Assembly (NCBI GenBank): GCA_052327205.1 | Contig: CM126220.1 | Location: 48,422,001 to 48,486,000, forward strand | Direction of reading: 5' to 3' | DNA length: 64,000 nucleotides | DNA from: Somniosus microcephalus | Lineage: Eukaryota | In this document: positions 23,066 to 32,978 of the stretch, piece by piece | Layout: every line of letters starts with the position of its first letter | How positions within the stretch are numbered: position 1 is the stretch's first letter | Program-made: the position numbers and the translations under genes | The notes under the pieces: generated by a model | Seen by the model: the letters and a program-made list of their open reading frames with translations, nothing else | The model's database searches: none | What the model was told of the DNA's origin: nothing

Positions 23066-25520
23066 GTGGTTGATCCTTTCTCCCGCTTTCAGAATTCTCG
23101 TTCTACCTGGACCCCTCTCTCTGGCCTCTTACCCTCTCTAGATCTTTTCATTGCAAACTGCCACCGTGACATCGGCCGTCTCCATTTCTCTGCTCCCCTC
23201 ATTCACTCCAACCTACCTCCCTCTGAACTTGCAGCACTCCATTCTCTCAGATCCAACCCCGACATTGTCATTAAACCTGCTGACAAGGGTGGTGCTGTTG
23301 TTGTTTGGCGAACCGACATCTACCTAGCGGAAGCTGAACGCCAACTCTCCGACACCTCCTCCTATCTCCACCTGGACCATGACCACACTACCGAACATCA
23401 AGCCACCGTTTCCAAGACTGTCACTGTCTCATCTCCTCTGGAGATCTTCCCCCCACAGCCGCCAACCTCATAGTTCTCCAACCCTGCACAGCCCGCTTCT
23501 ACCTCCTTCCCAAGATCCACAAACAGGACTGCCCTGGTAGACCCATCATTTCAGCCTGTTCTTGCCCCATGGAACTTATCTCTTCCTATCTCAACTCTAT
23601 TTTTTCTCCCCTTGTCCAGTCTCTTCCCACCTACATGCGCGATTCTTCCGACGCCCTCCGCCACTTTAACAGTTTCCAGTTTCCCGGCCCCAACCACCTC
23701 CTTTTCACTATGGACGTACAATCCCTCTACACCTCCAACCCCCACCAGGATGGCCTGAGGGCGCTCCGCTTCTTCCTTGAACAGAGGCCCAACCAGTCCC
23801 CATTCACCACCACCCTCCTCCGCCTGGCTGAACTTGTTCTCACATTGAACAACTTCTCCTTTGACTCCACTCATTTCCTCCAAATCAAAGGTGTTGCTAT
23901 GGGTACCCGCATGGGTCCTAGCTATGCCTGTCTTTTCATGGGATATGTGGAACACCCTTTCTTCCAGTCCTACTCGGGTCCCCTCCCTCACCTCTTTTTC
24001 AAGTACATTGATGACTGTATCGGTGCTGCCTCCTGCTCTCGCCCTGAACTAGAAAATGTCATTCACTTTGTTTCCAATTTCCACCTTTCCTGCACCTTCA
24101 CATGGTCCATCTCTGACTCTTCCCTTCCCTTCCTCGACTTCTCCATCTCCATCTCTGGGGATAGGTTATTGACTAACATTCACTACAAGCCCACTGACTC
24201 CCACAGCTACCTGGACTACACTTCCTCCCACCCCACCTCCTGTAAGGACTCTATTCCAAACTCCCAGTTTCTCCGTCTCTGCTGCATCTGCTCTGACGAT
24301 GCCACCTTCCATACCACTGCTTCCGACATGTCTTCCTTTTTCCTCAACTGAGGATTCCCCTCTACTGTGGTTGATACGGCCCTCGACCGTGTCCGTTCTA
24401 TCTCCCGCACTTCTGCCCTCACCCCTGCCCCTCCCTCCCGGAACCACGATAGGGTTCTCTTTGTCCTCACCTTTCACCCCACTAGCCTCCACATTCAACG
24501 GCTCATCCTCCGCCATTTCCACCACCTCCAGCATGATCCCACCACCAAATGCATCTTCCCCTCATCTCCCCTTTCAGCATTCCGTAGGGACCGCTCCCTC
24601 CGCGACACCCTAGTCCACTCCTCTACCACCCCCAGCACCCCTTCCCCTTCGTCCGGCACCTTCCCGTGCAAGTGCAGGAGATGCAACACATGCCCTTATA
24701 CCTCCCCCCTTCCCACTGTCCAGGGCCCCAAACACCCCTTCCAGGTGAAACAGCGATTTACTTGTACTTCTTGCAATTTAGTATACTTTATTCACTGCTC
24801 ACGATGTGGTCTCCTCTACATTGGGGAGACCAAATGCAGATTGGGTGACCGCTTTGCGGAACACCTCCATTCAGTCCGTGAGGGTGACCCTGAGCTCCCG
24901 GTGGCCTGTCACTTTAATTCTCCGCTTCACTCCCACTCAGGTCTCACCGTCCTTGGCCTCTTGCATTGCTCCACGGAAGCTCAGCGTAAGCTCGAGGAAC
25001 AGCACCTCATCTTTTGATTAGGCACTCTACAGCCCTCTGGACTCAACATAGAGTTCAACAATTTCAGATCATAACCTCGGCTCCGATCACATATATATAT
25101 TTTCTTCATTTTTTTTATCCACAATTTTTGTTTGGCATTTTTCTTCCCTCCCACATGGCAGCTGTTCTTCATTCTGCCAATGCAATTCACACCCCATCTA
25201 GAGCCATCCTTTATTCCTTAACCTGTCCCATTACCACCTCCTCTCACCTTGAATATCTCTTAATGTCTCTCAATGTCTCTTAATCTCTCTTGCTTTCTAT
25301 CCTATCACTAACCTTCCCTTTTGTTCTTTCATCCCCTCCCCCTTTTCCCAGCCCCTAAACCTGCTTTCCATTTCCTGCTTTTTTCCAGTTCTGACAAAAG
25401 GCCATCGACCTGAAACGTTAACTCTATTTCTCCCTCCACGGATGTTGCCTGGCCTGCTGAGTTTTTCCAGCGTTTTCTGTTGTTATTTCGGATTTCCAGC
25501 ATCCGCAGTATTTTGCTATT
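23066..25520 (+). mobile_element. Penelope-like retroelement (RT plus GIY-YIG endonuclease), degraded
   Basis: IKPADKGGAVVV, TMDVQSLYT, GVAMGTRMGPSYACLFMG, KYIDDC, HYKPTDSHSYL, LVYFIHCSRCGLLYIGET; pLTR-type end ttctgacaaaaggccatcgacctgaaacgttaactc at ~25390. Confidence 0.93.
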
Positions 25521-26499
25521 ATATAAGCAGTGGAATGGGCATGCTAGAAATCATACTGGTGATCATGGATTAGGCTAGAACTTTGAAGACAGCAGATAGT
25601 TTGAAAGTTAGCAGCAGTTTTCATGTAGGGGCAACAGGGTGGTAGTTAGACTAGCAAGTGGAGTCACCATAGGGATAAGTGAAGGAAAGGTGGACTGAGA
25701 GCAAGATACCAAGAAATTCAATGACGCTGCACCCGTTTTTCGGGTGCTAAATGTGCGCCTAAGCCTCCAATACAACGGGCAAGAAGCGTGCACTCATTTC
25801 AAGCCAGAAGCGCGCTGCCCACCATATTGGATCAGGCTTCTCCATAGGCATCCAGAGCACACACCACAACTGTGAAAAACACTGAATAACTTATTTAGTT
25901 GAGTTTCGTGGCCAGAGAGTTTAAAGATACAGTATAGGAGATGGTTAAGTTCATGGAGGTGCATATCTTCAGCACTACAAGTCTTACTGGAGAACAGAAC
26001 TGGTGGGGATAAAATTTTATTTCACTTATAAATGGGTCAATTAAATGGGGTAATGGATGGAGATAGTTTATCAAGATCATTGTAATTAGAACCGGAGAAG
26101 AAATGGAGAACGACAACTGTACCATTAGCACAAAAGAGTAGAAAGGAAAACTTGTAAAAGTTGCAAGGGACAACTTGGCAAGAGCCAGAAGTAATGACTG
26201 CTCAAAAGGGAGGGAAATGGGAGTTGCCGCTTCTTTTCAACAAAGTTGTATTTGCAGCTACATTATTGGATTTACAGAAGTTGCGAACAGAAATAAAGTT
26301 GGCTTGGGATGTTTCAGACTGATTAAGATGCCAGGTGCGATAGACAGACTTTTTACGAGCAATGGCAGAATGACAGAACACGAGGAGTGAGCTATGAAAT
26401 TTTCAACGGCAACTGGAAAGACATCAGTTACTTCACTAGCACAGACAGAAGAGACAGAAGAGTGAAAGCAGCAGTTGGACCAGGGAAAGGCTGAATAAT

Positions 26500-26657
26500 A
26501 GGGGCCAATTTTAACTTAATCCGCCCATCGGGAAACTGACAGGATCGGGTGCAATGCTGACATCAATGGCGAGTAAAATTGGGCGGGGTGTAAAACCAGC
26601 GTTCCACCCGATCCCGTGGGTTTCCCGCCTGGCAAGTTATGTTACATTACCCCCATA
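26500..26657. mobile_element. Palindromic MITE (internally deleted copy)
   Basis: Imperfect long inverted termini; homologous to 28152-28333. Confidence 0.7.
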
Positions 26658-27704
26658 CTGTCAAACAAGAAGGGACTGCTGTAATGAGTGGGATTTTGTG
26701 CAAGGTATTCTGCAAGAGATATATACGAACATACACAGAAGACAAATAGAAAAAGACCAGCTGCTCCATCAAATCTGTCCCATTCAGCCATGTTGCAACA
26801 TGAACCCCAATAGATACGACTTTGGTCAGAAGAATCGAGCAGCGAGGTGACAGATACAGAGTAAGAGTTAGAATTGGAGGTGAAGAAACTGAATTACTGT
26901 CATGACCAGCAATACAAGTCGCTGATTGAACTTGTTTGCAGTTATTAAGGATTTGTCATTAGTGCTGGCCTGGTCAGTAGAAAAAGCAGAACCATAGTTG
27001 AAGATCAACAGGAAAGTCATCAAGAATTGTGATTTCAGGAGTGACTAAATTTGATTTAATTTGACGAAAAGTTGAAACGTTGTCAAGATCTGTCAACATT
27101 AGGAAAGTCATAGAGGCAGGAGATGAATTTAGTTAGGCGTGGTAGGCCGCACTATGGAACTGTTTGAGCACAGTGCCCTCCCATTGGAGCAGTCCTGATA
27201 CCTCGAGCAGTGATAGAGCACAAGGAGAAAAAGAGCAGAGCAAATAAATTGGATGAAGAAATGAGGAACAAAAATGATAAGGGAAGGAAGGCTTGTAACA
27301 CTGAAGAGTGTCATTATGAGAAACTTGGAGGGGGTGAAAAAGTGAAAAAGTGATCTAGCAACCATCAATAACACTGAAATGTCCTTATGAGACTTAGCAG
27401 TTTCAATGAGAGGAATGAAATGGGAGGAATCAGTGGCAGGAAATCAAACAGATCTACCAGCTATCTGTGTGCAAAAGTCTGTCTTTGTTCCTGGGACAGG
27501 AAGAGTTCCAAACCTATGTCTAGCATTTACTGGTCGAAAGAAGGGCTCCCAGTGCAATCCAGAATGTTTGCTGTAAATAACTCCTAATGGGGAAAGCACT
27601 ATGGAAGCTCTGTCAGCTCACTACACTGTTGACCATATCAATGGAGAAAGGGCTCACTGAGACTGACAACCCTTGGCTTAAGTAAACCACCAGGATTAAA
27701 AGAA

Positions 27705-27950
27705 AAAAAAGACTTGCATTTATATAGCGCCTTTCACAAGCTCAGGATGCCCCAAAGCGTTTACAATCAATGAGGTACTTTTGAAGTGGAGTCACTGTTG
27801 TAATGTAGGAAATGCAGCAGCCAATGAGCGCACAGCAAGGTAATGTGATAATAACCAGATAATCGTCTCATCCGAAAGACTGCCCCTCCGACAGTGCAGC
27901 TCTCCGTCAGTACTACACTGGAATGTCAGCCTGGGTTATGTGCTCATGCC
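27705..27950 (-). mobile_element. Deu-type tRNA-SINE with L2-like tail (deleted copy)
   Basis: gacttgcatttatatagcgcctttcac...gtaatgtaggaaa..cagccaat; homologous to 60040-60490. Confidence 0.75.
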
Positions 27951-28151
27951 TCCAGAGAAAGCACTTTCTAGGCTTACTTACTTTCCAAGTGAACTCCGTG
28001 GGCTACAGAAAAAAGCTCTCAAGGAGCTGGCATCTTTCTAATTGCACCATCTGGTGATTTCAGGGAAGAACCAGATCGTTGACATCTGTTTGTATTTACA
28101 TATAACTCCTGATGATCGCTGGCTTCCAGGAAACCAGGGACAGGACACAAA

Positions 28152-28333
28152 AGGGCGAATTTTAACCTAACCCACTCATTGGGAAACTAATGGGATCGGG
28201 TGCCACACTGGTTTTACAACCCGCCCGATTTTATTCTCCATTGAAGTGACTGGAGAGTAATATTGGGCGGGGAGTAAAACTGGTGTTCCACCCAATCCCA
28301 TAGGTTTCCTGCCCAGTGAGTTAGGTTAAAATG
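28152..28333. mobile_element. Palindromic MITE
   Basis: attttaacctaac...gttaggttaaaat termini, with further internal inverted blocks (cccgccc/gggcggg, ctcca/tggag). Confidence 0.75.
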
Positions 28334-28536
28334 AACTATTTTGTTTTCTCATCCTTGTTTTCACATCCCTCCATGGCCTCGCCCTCCCTTATCTCTATAA
28401 CCTCCTCCAGCCCTACAACCCTCCGAGATCTCTGTGCTCTTCAATTCTGGCCTCTTGCGCATCCCCGATTTGAATCGCTCCATCATTGGCGGCCGTGCCT
28501 TCAGCTGCTTTGGCCCTAATCTCTGGAACTCCCTTC

Positions 28537-28790
28537 TGTTAAGTCTGTGGGTTGTATTATAAATAATCACAGACTCCACTGTTAACAAAATAAAACACGT
28601 CTTTACTATTCAGAGGCTCGGGCGATTCCTGATCTAGTTAACGTATCACAACCCTTATATACTGGTGTGGTCACTATCGGTATTACAGTATACATGAGCC
28701 AATAAATAGTGCCACCCTAAAGTAGTGCTCTTAAAGGCGAACGGTCACATTCTATAGTTCCCTTAAAGGTAAACGGTTACATACACAACA
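28537..28790 (-). repeat. 3' LTR of element C
   Basis: 28629-28790 is identical to the 5' LTR; 28537-28628 is divergent. Confidence 0.93.
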
Positions 28791-29178
28791 CTCCTCCCTT
28801 CCTAGCTTATTACTTACAGAATCCCGTTAAACATACAATCTTCAATTTTATATAAACAGTTTGCAGATATACTCTCGATGGAGTCAACGTCATATAACAA
28901 TTTACAGATATACTCTCGATGGAGTCAACGTCATATAACTTCATGTTTAACATAACATAATAACATATATAACTTCATGTCAAAACAGATCACAGATTCA
29001 GTCTCTGTGGAAAACAGTTCATAGATTCAGTCTCTGTGGTGTAGTCGGTTCACATTGCTGGAGTGACTCATTCAATAGTCCTTCCATGGGTTTAACAGTT
29101 TGAACTTCCGAACTGAATTGGCTCCGTTCGGAGGGACCACGTGTGTGATCTGGTAGAGGTAATAATGGTTCAGATGGG

Positions 29179-31884
29179 TCATCTTCTGTTTCGACTTTTC
29201 CTTTTCTGCTTCTTGGAGACTCTCTGGGCTCCACTGTCAGCTGCCAGCTGCATGCGCAGTTCCTCCTTCTCTTCCTCCTTTTTCCGTAGTAGAGCCACCT
29301 TCTCCCGATGTTCCGTAGACTTTCGGTGCTCCTCCATGATTTCTGTATGGTGGGAGTCGAAGTTACAAGTTGGGCAGGACAGGACATAGTAATATTCGGA
29401 GTCGTCCTGAGCTAGGCCAGCGAGAGGGTCTTCTATGTCCTCCCTACCCAGCTGGACGTCAGCCAGCTTTTGTTCCAAATCCAGACATCTTTCCTGAAGA
29501 GACTTCTTCACGTGTTCCGCTTCCTCTAACTTTTTCTGGGCTTTCAGCAAGTTGTTTACTAATGACCTCATTTGTGATTTTAATACTTCAACTTCCTTTG
29601 GAGATTGATTGATCGGACTATTCAATCCCTCTACCGGAGCAGTTGTTTCAGCGTTCTGTTGTTCAACCTTGACATGAGTCAGCGTACTTTTGGTATCTAA
29701 GGGTTGCTCTGCTGCCATCTTCTCAGTCTGTGTTGCAACCTCGGCTATTTCAATAACTTTTGAGAGCTCCAAACCCTTCTCCTCTGACGATTTAAGCTCA
29801 TGTTCATGGCCCATTCTTACGGTCTCTGTGTTTCTTACAGTTCCCTTTTCTTCCACTGAAAAGATTTCCAGTTGCATCTGTTCTTCAAGTCGTTGGACCT
29901 CGGCCATTGCCGCTTCATATTTATTTTGTGTTTCCTTTAATAATTTAACGAGTTCTTGGACATCCTGTATTCCCTGTTCTGGTATGTCTTCCACCACTAA
30001 TTTTTTTCCTATGGATTTAATCCCTAACGATGAGTCAGCCTTGGCCTGAAGCTCATCAAACATTTCCTGCAGACTTTGTAATTCTTGCTTATGGTCAACC
30101 TTTAGTCGTTCATGTTCAACCTTTAGTTGCTCATATGCTTTCACTAACACGAGCTTTTCGGAAGTTGCCAAGTTAACCTCTTCCAGGATTGTAGTCCGAG
30201 CCTGTTCATACTGTTCTTTCAACTCGTTACACTCTGCTTGCAACAAGTCGTAGAGGTGAACTGGAATACCATCCTGACTTCTTGAAGATTCCTCTTCCTT
30301 TGGATCGTTCTGTGTATATTCTAGTTCCTGAACAGCCTCAGGGAGATGTGATTGGTACTTGGCCACGATGGCTCTATGGTCGCTCTCTGCTTGAGCGAGC
30401 TGTCTCTGTTGTCTTTCCAGGGACTCCCATTCGGTGTCCCAGAACTTTTTCACCTTTTCCATCTCTTGTAGGAGACGGGCACTCAACTGTTCTAATTGTC
30501 GTTGTACTTTGACATAACGTTGAGTTCTAGCCCGGTGTTCCTCCGTAATGCATATGTCTGTAGCTTGAACAGACTCAGAATTCTCTGTCTTTATGCACGC
30601 CATCGATTTCCCAACCTTAGTCCGTGAGTTCATGTTAATCTTGTTTTTCATACATAAGCTGGACTTATCGTCTTCCGGCTCGGAGTCTGAGCTGCTTGTC
30701 TGCACCGAGTCCTCACTCGTCATTGCTTGTCGGTAGTGCCATTCCATGTCTATTTTCTTGATCCACTCCCGTCCCAGAAGTGGTGGTCCTCCCTCAGGTA
30801 GTACGTACAGATACATTCGTGGGTGTTCTTTACCCCTATCTCTCACCTTGACTCGTATTTTTCCCAGGGGGTATACATGATGCCCCGTGTATGTCTGTAA
30901 TACGAATTTGGTATTTCTTAAGGGTATGTGAGAGAATAGCCGGTGATAGTCCTTTTGGTTGATGACGGATACAGCTGATCCCGTGTCCAGCTCCATTCGT
31001 ACTTGGACTCCCGCTATTTTTAGTGTGACCCAGATCAACTGTAGATCAGTTACTTTACCCACATGGTGGATTCTCAGACTATCCAGCTCCTGGCTGTTTG
31101 GGTCTGAGTCTGAATTTTGTTCGTCTGAACTCTTTTCAGCCACCTGATGCACCTTGTTGTACTTTCCTTGTGGTGGTGGCTTCCTTTGCTTGTTGGTCTT
31201 CTTTCCGGACCTGCATACCTTCGCGATGTGACCCAGTTTGCCACATTTCCTGCACTCTTGGTTCTTAAACCAGCACTGATTCTGGTCGTGCGTTGTCTTT
31301 CCACAACGGTAGCATTTGGGAGTGCTTGCTGTAATTTGGTCCACCCCGAGTGCCGCCGCCTTTAGCTGCATTTCCGCCGTCCCTTTCGCTGCGGCTTCGT
31401 GCGATGAAGCTATGAGGACAGCCCTGTCCAGTGTGAGGTCGTTTTCTTCCAGAAGTCGCTTCTGCGTTCCTTCTTTGGCCAAGCCGCATACGAACTTGTC
31501 CCGCAGCGCCTCTGTCAAATTCCCTCCAAACTGGCAGTATTTCGCTAGCTTACGCAGTTCGACTAAGTATTCCGCATTGCTTTCATCTTGCCTCTGGGTT
31601 CTGGCGTAAAATTTAAATCGTTCAGCCAGCATCAACGGTGTGGGGTTCAAGTGATCCTTCAACACTGTTACGATCTCTTCGAAGGTCTGGTCCACTGGTT
31701 TAACTGGTGCTATTAGATGTTTCAAAAGCCCGTATGTTTTTGCTCCCATCGAATTTAACAAAGTTATTGCCTTGTTGTCATCCTCAATTTCGTTGGCTAC
31801 GCAATATATTTCTATGCGTTCCACATACGTGGCCCAGTCTTCTATTTCTGCATTAAAGTCATTAATATTTCCTCGCTTAGGCAT
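29179..31884 (-). CDS. Gag-CCHC-protease fused to a ~500-aa coiled-coil and zinc-finger cargo (901 aa from ATG 31884)
   Basis: Uninterrupted ORF; MPKRGNINDF Gag homologous to elements A and D; CYRCGKTTHDQNQC; MELDTGSA; after GREWIKKIDMEW the sequence becomes E/K/Q/L-rich heptads, then CPTC-x12-H-x5-H. Confidence 0.88.
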   Translation of the reverse strand: MPKRGNINDFNAEIEDWATYVERIEIYCVANEIEDDNKAITLLNSMGAKTYGLLKHLIAPVKPVDQTFEEIVTVLKDHLNPTPLMLAERFKFYARTQRQDESNAEYLVELRKLAKYCQFGGNLTEALRDKFVCGLAKEGTQKRLLEENDLTLDRAVLIASSHEAAAKGTAEMQLKAAALGVDQITASTPKCYRCGKTTHDQNQCWFKNQECRKCGKLGHIAKVCRSGKKTNKQRKPPPQGKYNKVHQVAEKSSDEQNSDSDPNSQELDSLRIHHVGKVTDLQLIWVTLKIAGVQVRMELDTGSAVSVINQKDYHRLFSHIPLRNTKFVLQTYTGHHVYPLGKIRVKVRDRGKEHPRMYLYVLPEGGPPLLGREWIKKIDMEWHYRQAMTSEDSVQTSSSDSEPEDDKSSLCMKNKINMNSRTKVGKSMACIKTENSESVQATDICITEEHRARTQRYVKVQRQLEQLSARLLQEMEKVKKFWDTEWESLERQQRQLAQAESDHRAIVAKYQSHLPEAVQELEYTQNDPKEEESSRSQDGIPVHLYDLLQAECNELKEQYEQARTTILEEVNLATSEKLVLVKAYEQLKVEHERLKVDHKQELQSLQEMFDELQAKADSSLGIKSIGKKLVVEDIPEQGIQDVQELVKLLKETQNKYEAAMAEVQRLEEQMQLEIFSVEEKGTVRNTETVRMGHEHELKSSEEKGLELSKVIEIAEVATQTEKMAAEQPLDTKSTLTHVKVEQQNAETTAPVEGLNSPINQSPKEVEVLKSQMRSLVNNLLKAQKKLEEAEHVKKSLQERCLDLEQKLADVQLGREDIEDPLAGLAQDDSEYYYVLSCPTCNFDSHHTEIMEEHRKSTEHREKVALLRKKEEEKEELRMQLAADSGAQRVSKKQKRKSRNRR

Positions 31885-32724
31885 CTTCTTCTCTTTTTGA
31901 GAACAGTACAAGTATTACTTTACTTATTATTAATTTTCTTCTCTCTTCTTGAGAACACACCAGCCTTTCTGAAAAATCTTATTACTTTTCTGAAATTCTT
32001 AATAATTTCCAAGATGGCGGTTTCCCGCTTCTTCCTTCTTCTTCAGCGGTTTTCCCCGAAAAATGGCAGCTTTCCCGCGCTTCTCGCTCTCCCCGCCCAC
32101 TTCAATGGCGGTTTTCCCGCGCTTGGCGGTCTTCACCCGGTCCCCCGACGCCGTCTGTCAGCCCGAGTGCGGCCCTTATCTATAATGCGATCGCTGGATC
32201 GCGAAGCGGCTGCCGGCCCTTTATCTGTAGATCCGATCGCTCTCGCGGCTCTCGGCCCTTATCTGGAGATGCGATCGCTGGCTTGCAACGCCTCCCGCTC
32301 GGCTCTGGCTCCCCCGCTCGCGCGGCTCTCGGCTCTGACACTCTCGCGCCTACTCGCAGGCTCAGCGCTTCGTGGCAGCGGTTGCTGCACGGCTTCTCAC
32401 ATTGCCCGCGGTCCGGCTGTCACCCGACGCCGTTGGACCCGAATGCTTTGCCCTTCTCCTCCAAATACTTCTACCCCGTTTTTTTTTTTAAATTTATTTG
32501 TTTTAACTACTCACAGTCTCTTCGGCCGCCTTGTTTTAGGCTGATTGGCTCGCTCAAGATGTGGTAGCAGGGTAATCTGTGCCTGTTGCTGCCGCAGCTT
32601 TGCTGTTAATCTTCCAGCTTCCAGTAAGTACTATCCTTTTAGTAGACGGAGCCTCGTGTTTTCTTTTTGAAGCTCTCTGCTACTGGTTAGTCTTGCCGCA
32701 GGGTACGATCGGACTCGTCGCCAC

Positions 32725-32978
32725 TGTAAAGTCTGTAGGTTGTGCAGTAAATAACTTCAGAGACTTTAGAAGTACAAACAAAACAGGTCTTTACTATTCG
32801 GTGGTCTGGGCGATTTCTGATCTAGTTAACGTATCACAACCCTTATATACTGGTGTGGTCACTATCGGTATTACAGTATACATGAGCCAATAAATAGTGC
32901 CACCCTAAAGTAGTGCTCTTAAAGGCGAACGGTCACATTCTATAGTTCCCTTAAAGGTAAACGGTTACATACACAACA
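32725..32978 (-). repeat. 5' LTR of element C
   Basis: Adjacent to the PBS; ends TGTTGTGTATGTA...GACTTTACA (element sense) are shared with element D. Confidence 0.93.

Larger units (their letters stand above)
28537..32978 (-). mobile_element. Non-autonomous Gypsy-derived LTR element C carrying a non-retroelement cargo; 5-bp TSD CCTTC
   Basis: 254-bp LTRs at 28537-28790 and 32725-32978, TG...CA ends; TSD at 28532-28536 and 32979-32983; PBS TGGCGACGAG (32714-32723); PPT AGGAAGGGAGGAG; no RT, RNase H or integrase core. Confidence 0.95.

Noticed and set aside
30480-30560. Possible ERM (ezrin/radixin/moesin) C-terminal fragment in the cargo (VQRQLEQLSARL)
   Set aside because: The similarity is too short and generic to claim without a search.
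29179-30700. Env gene in element C
   Set aside because: No signal peptide, transmembrane helix or furin/fusion-peptide arrangement is visible, and it is fused to protease in place of pol.
31897-32544. 215-aa antisense ORF in the element C leader
   Set aside because: Non-ATG start, low-complexity GC-rich leader, no recognisable domain.
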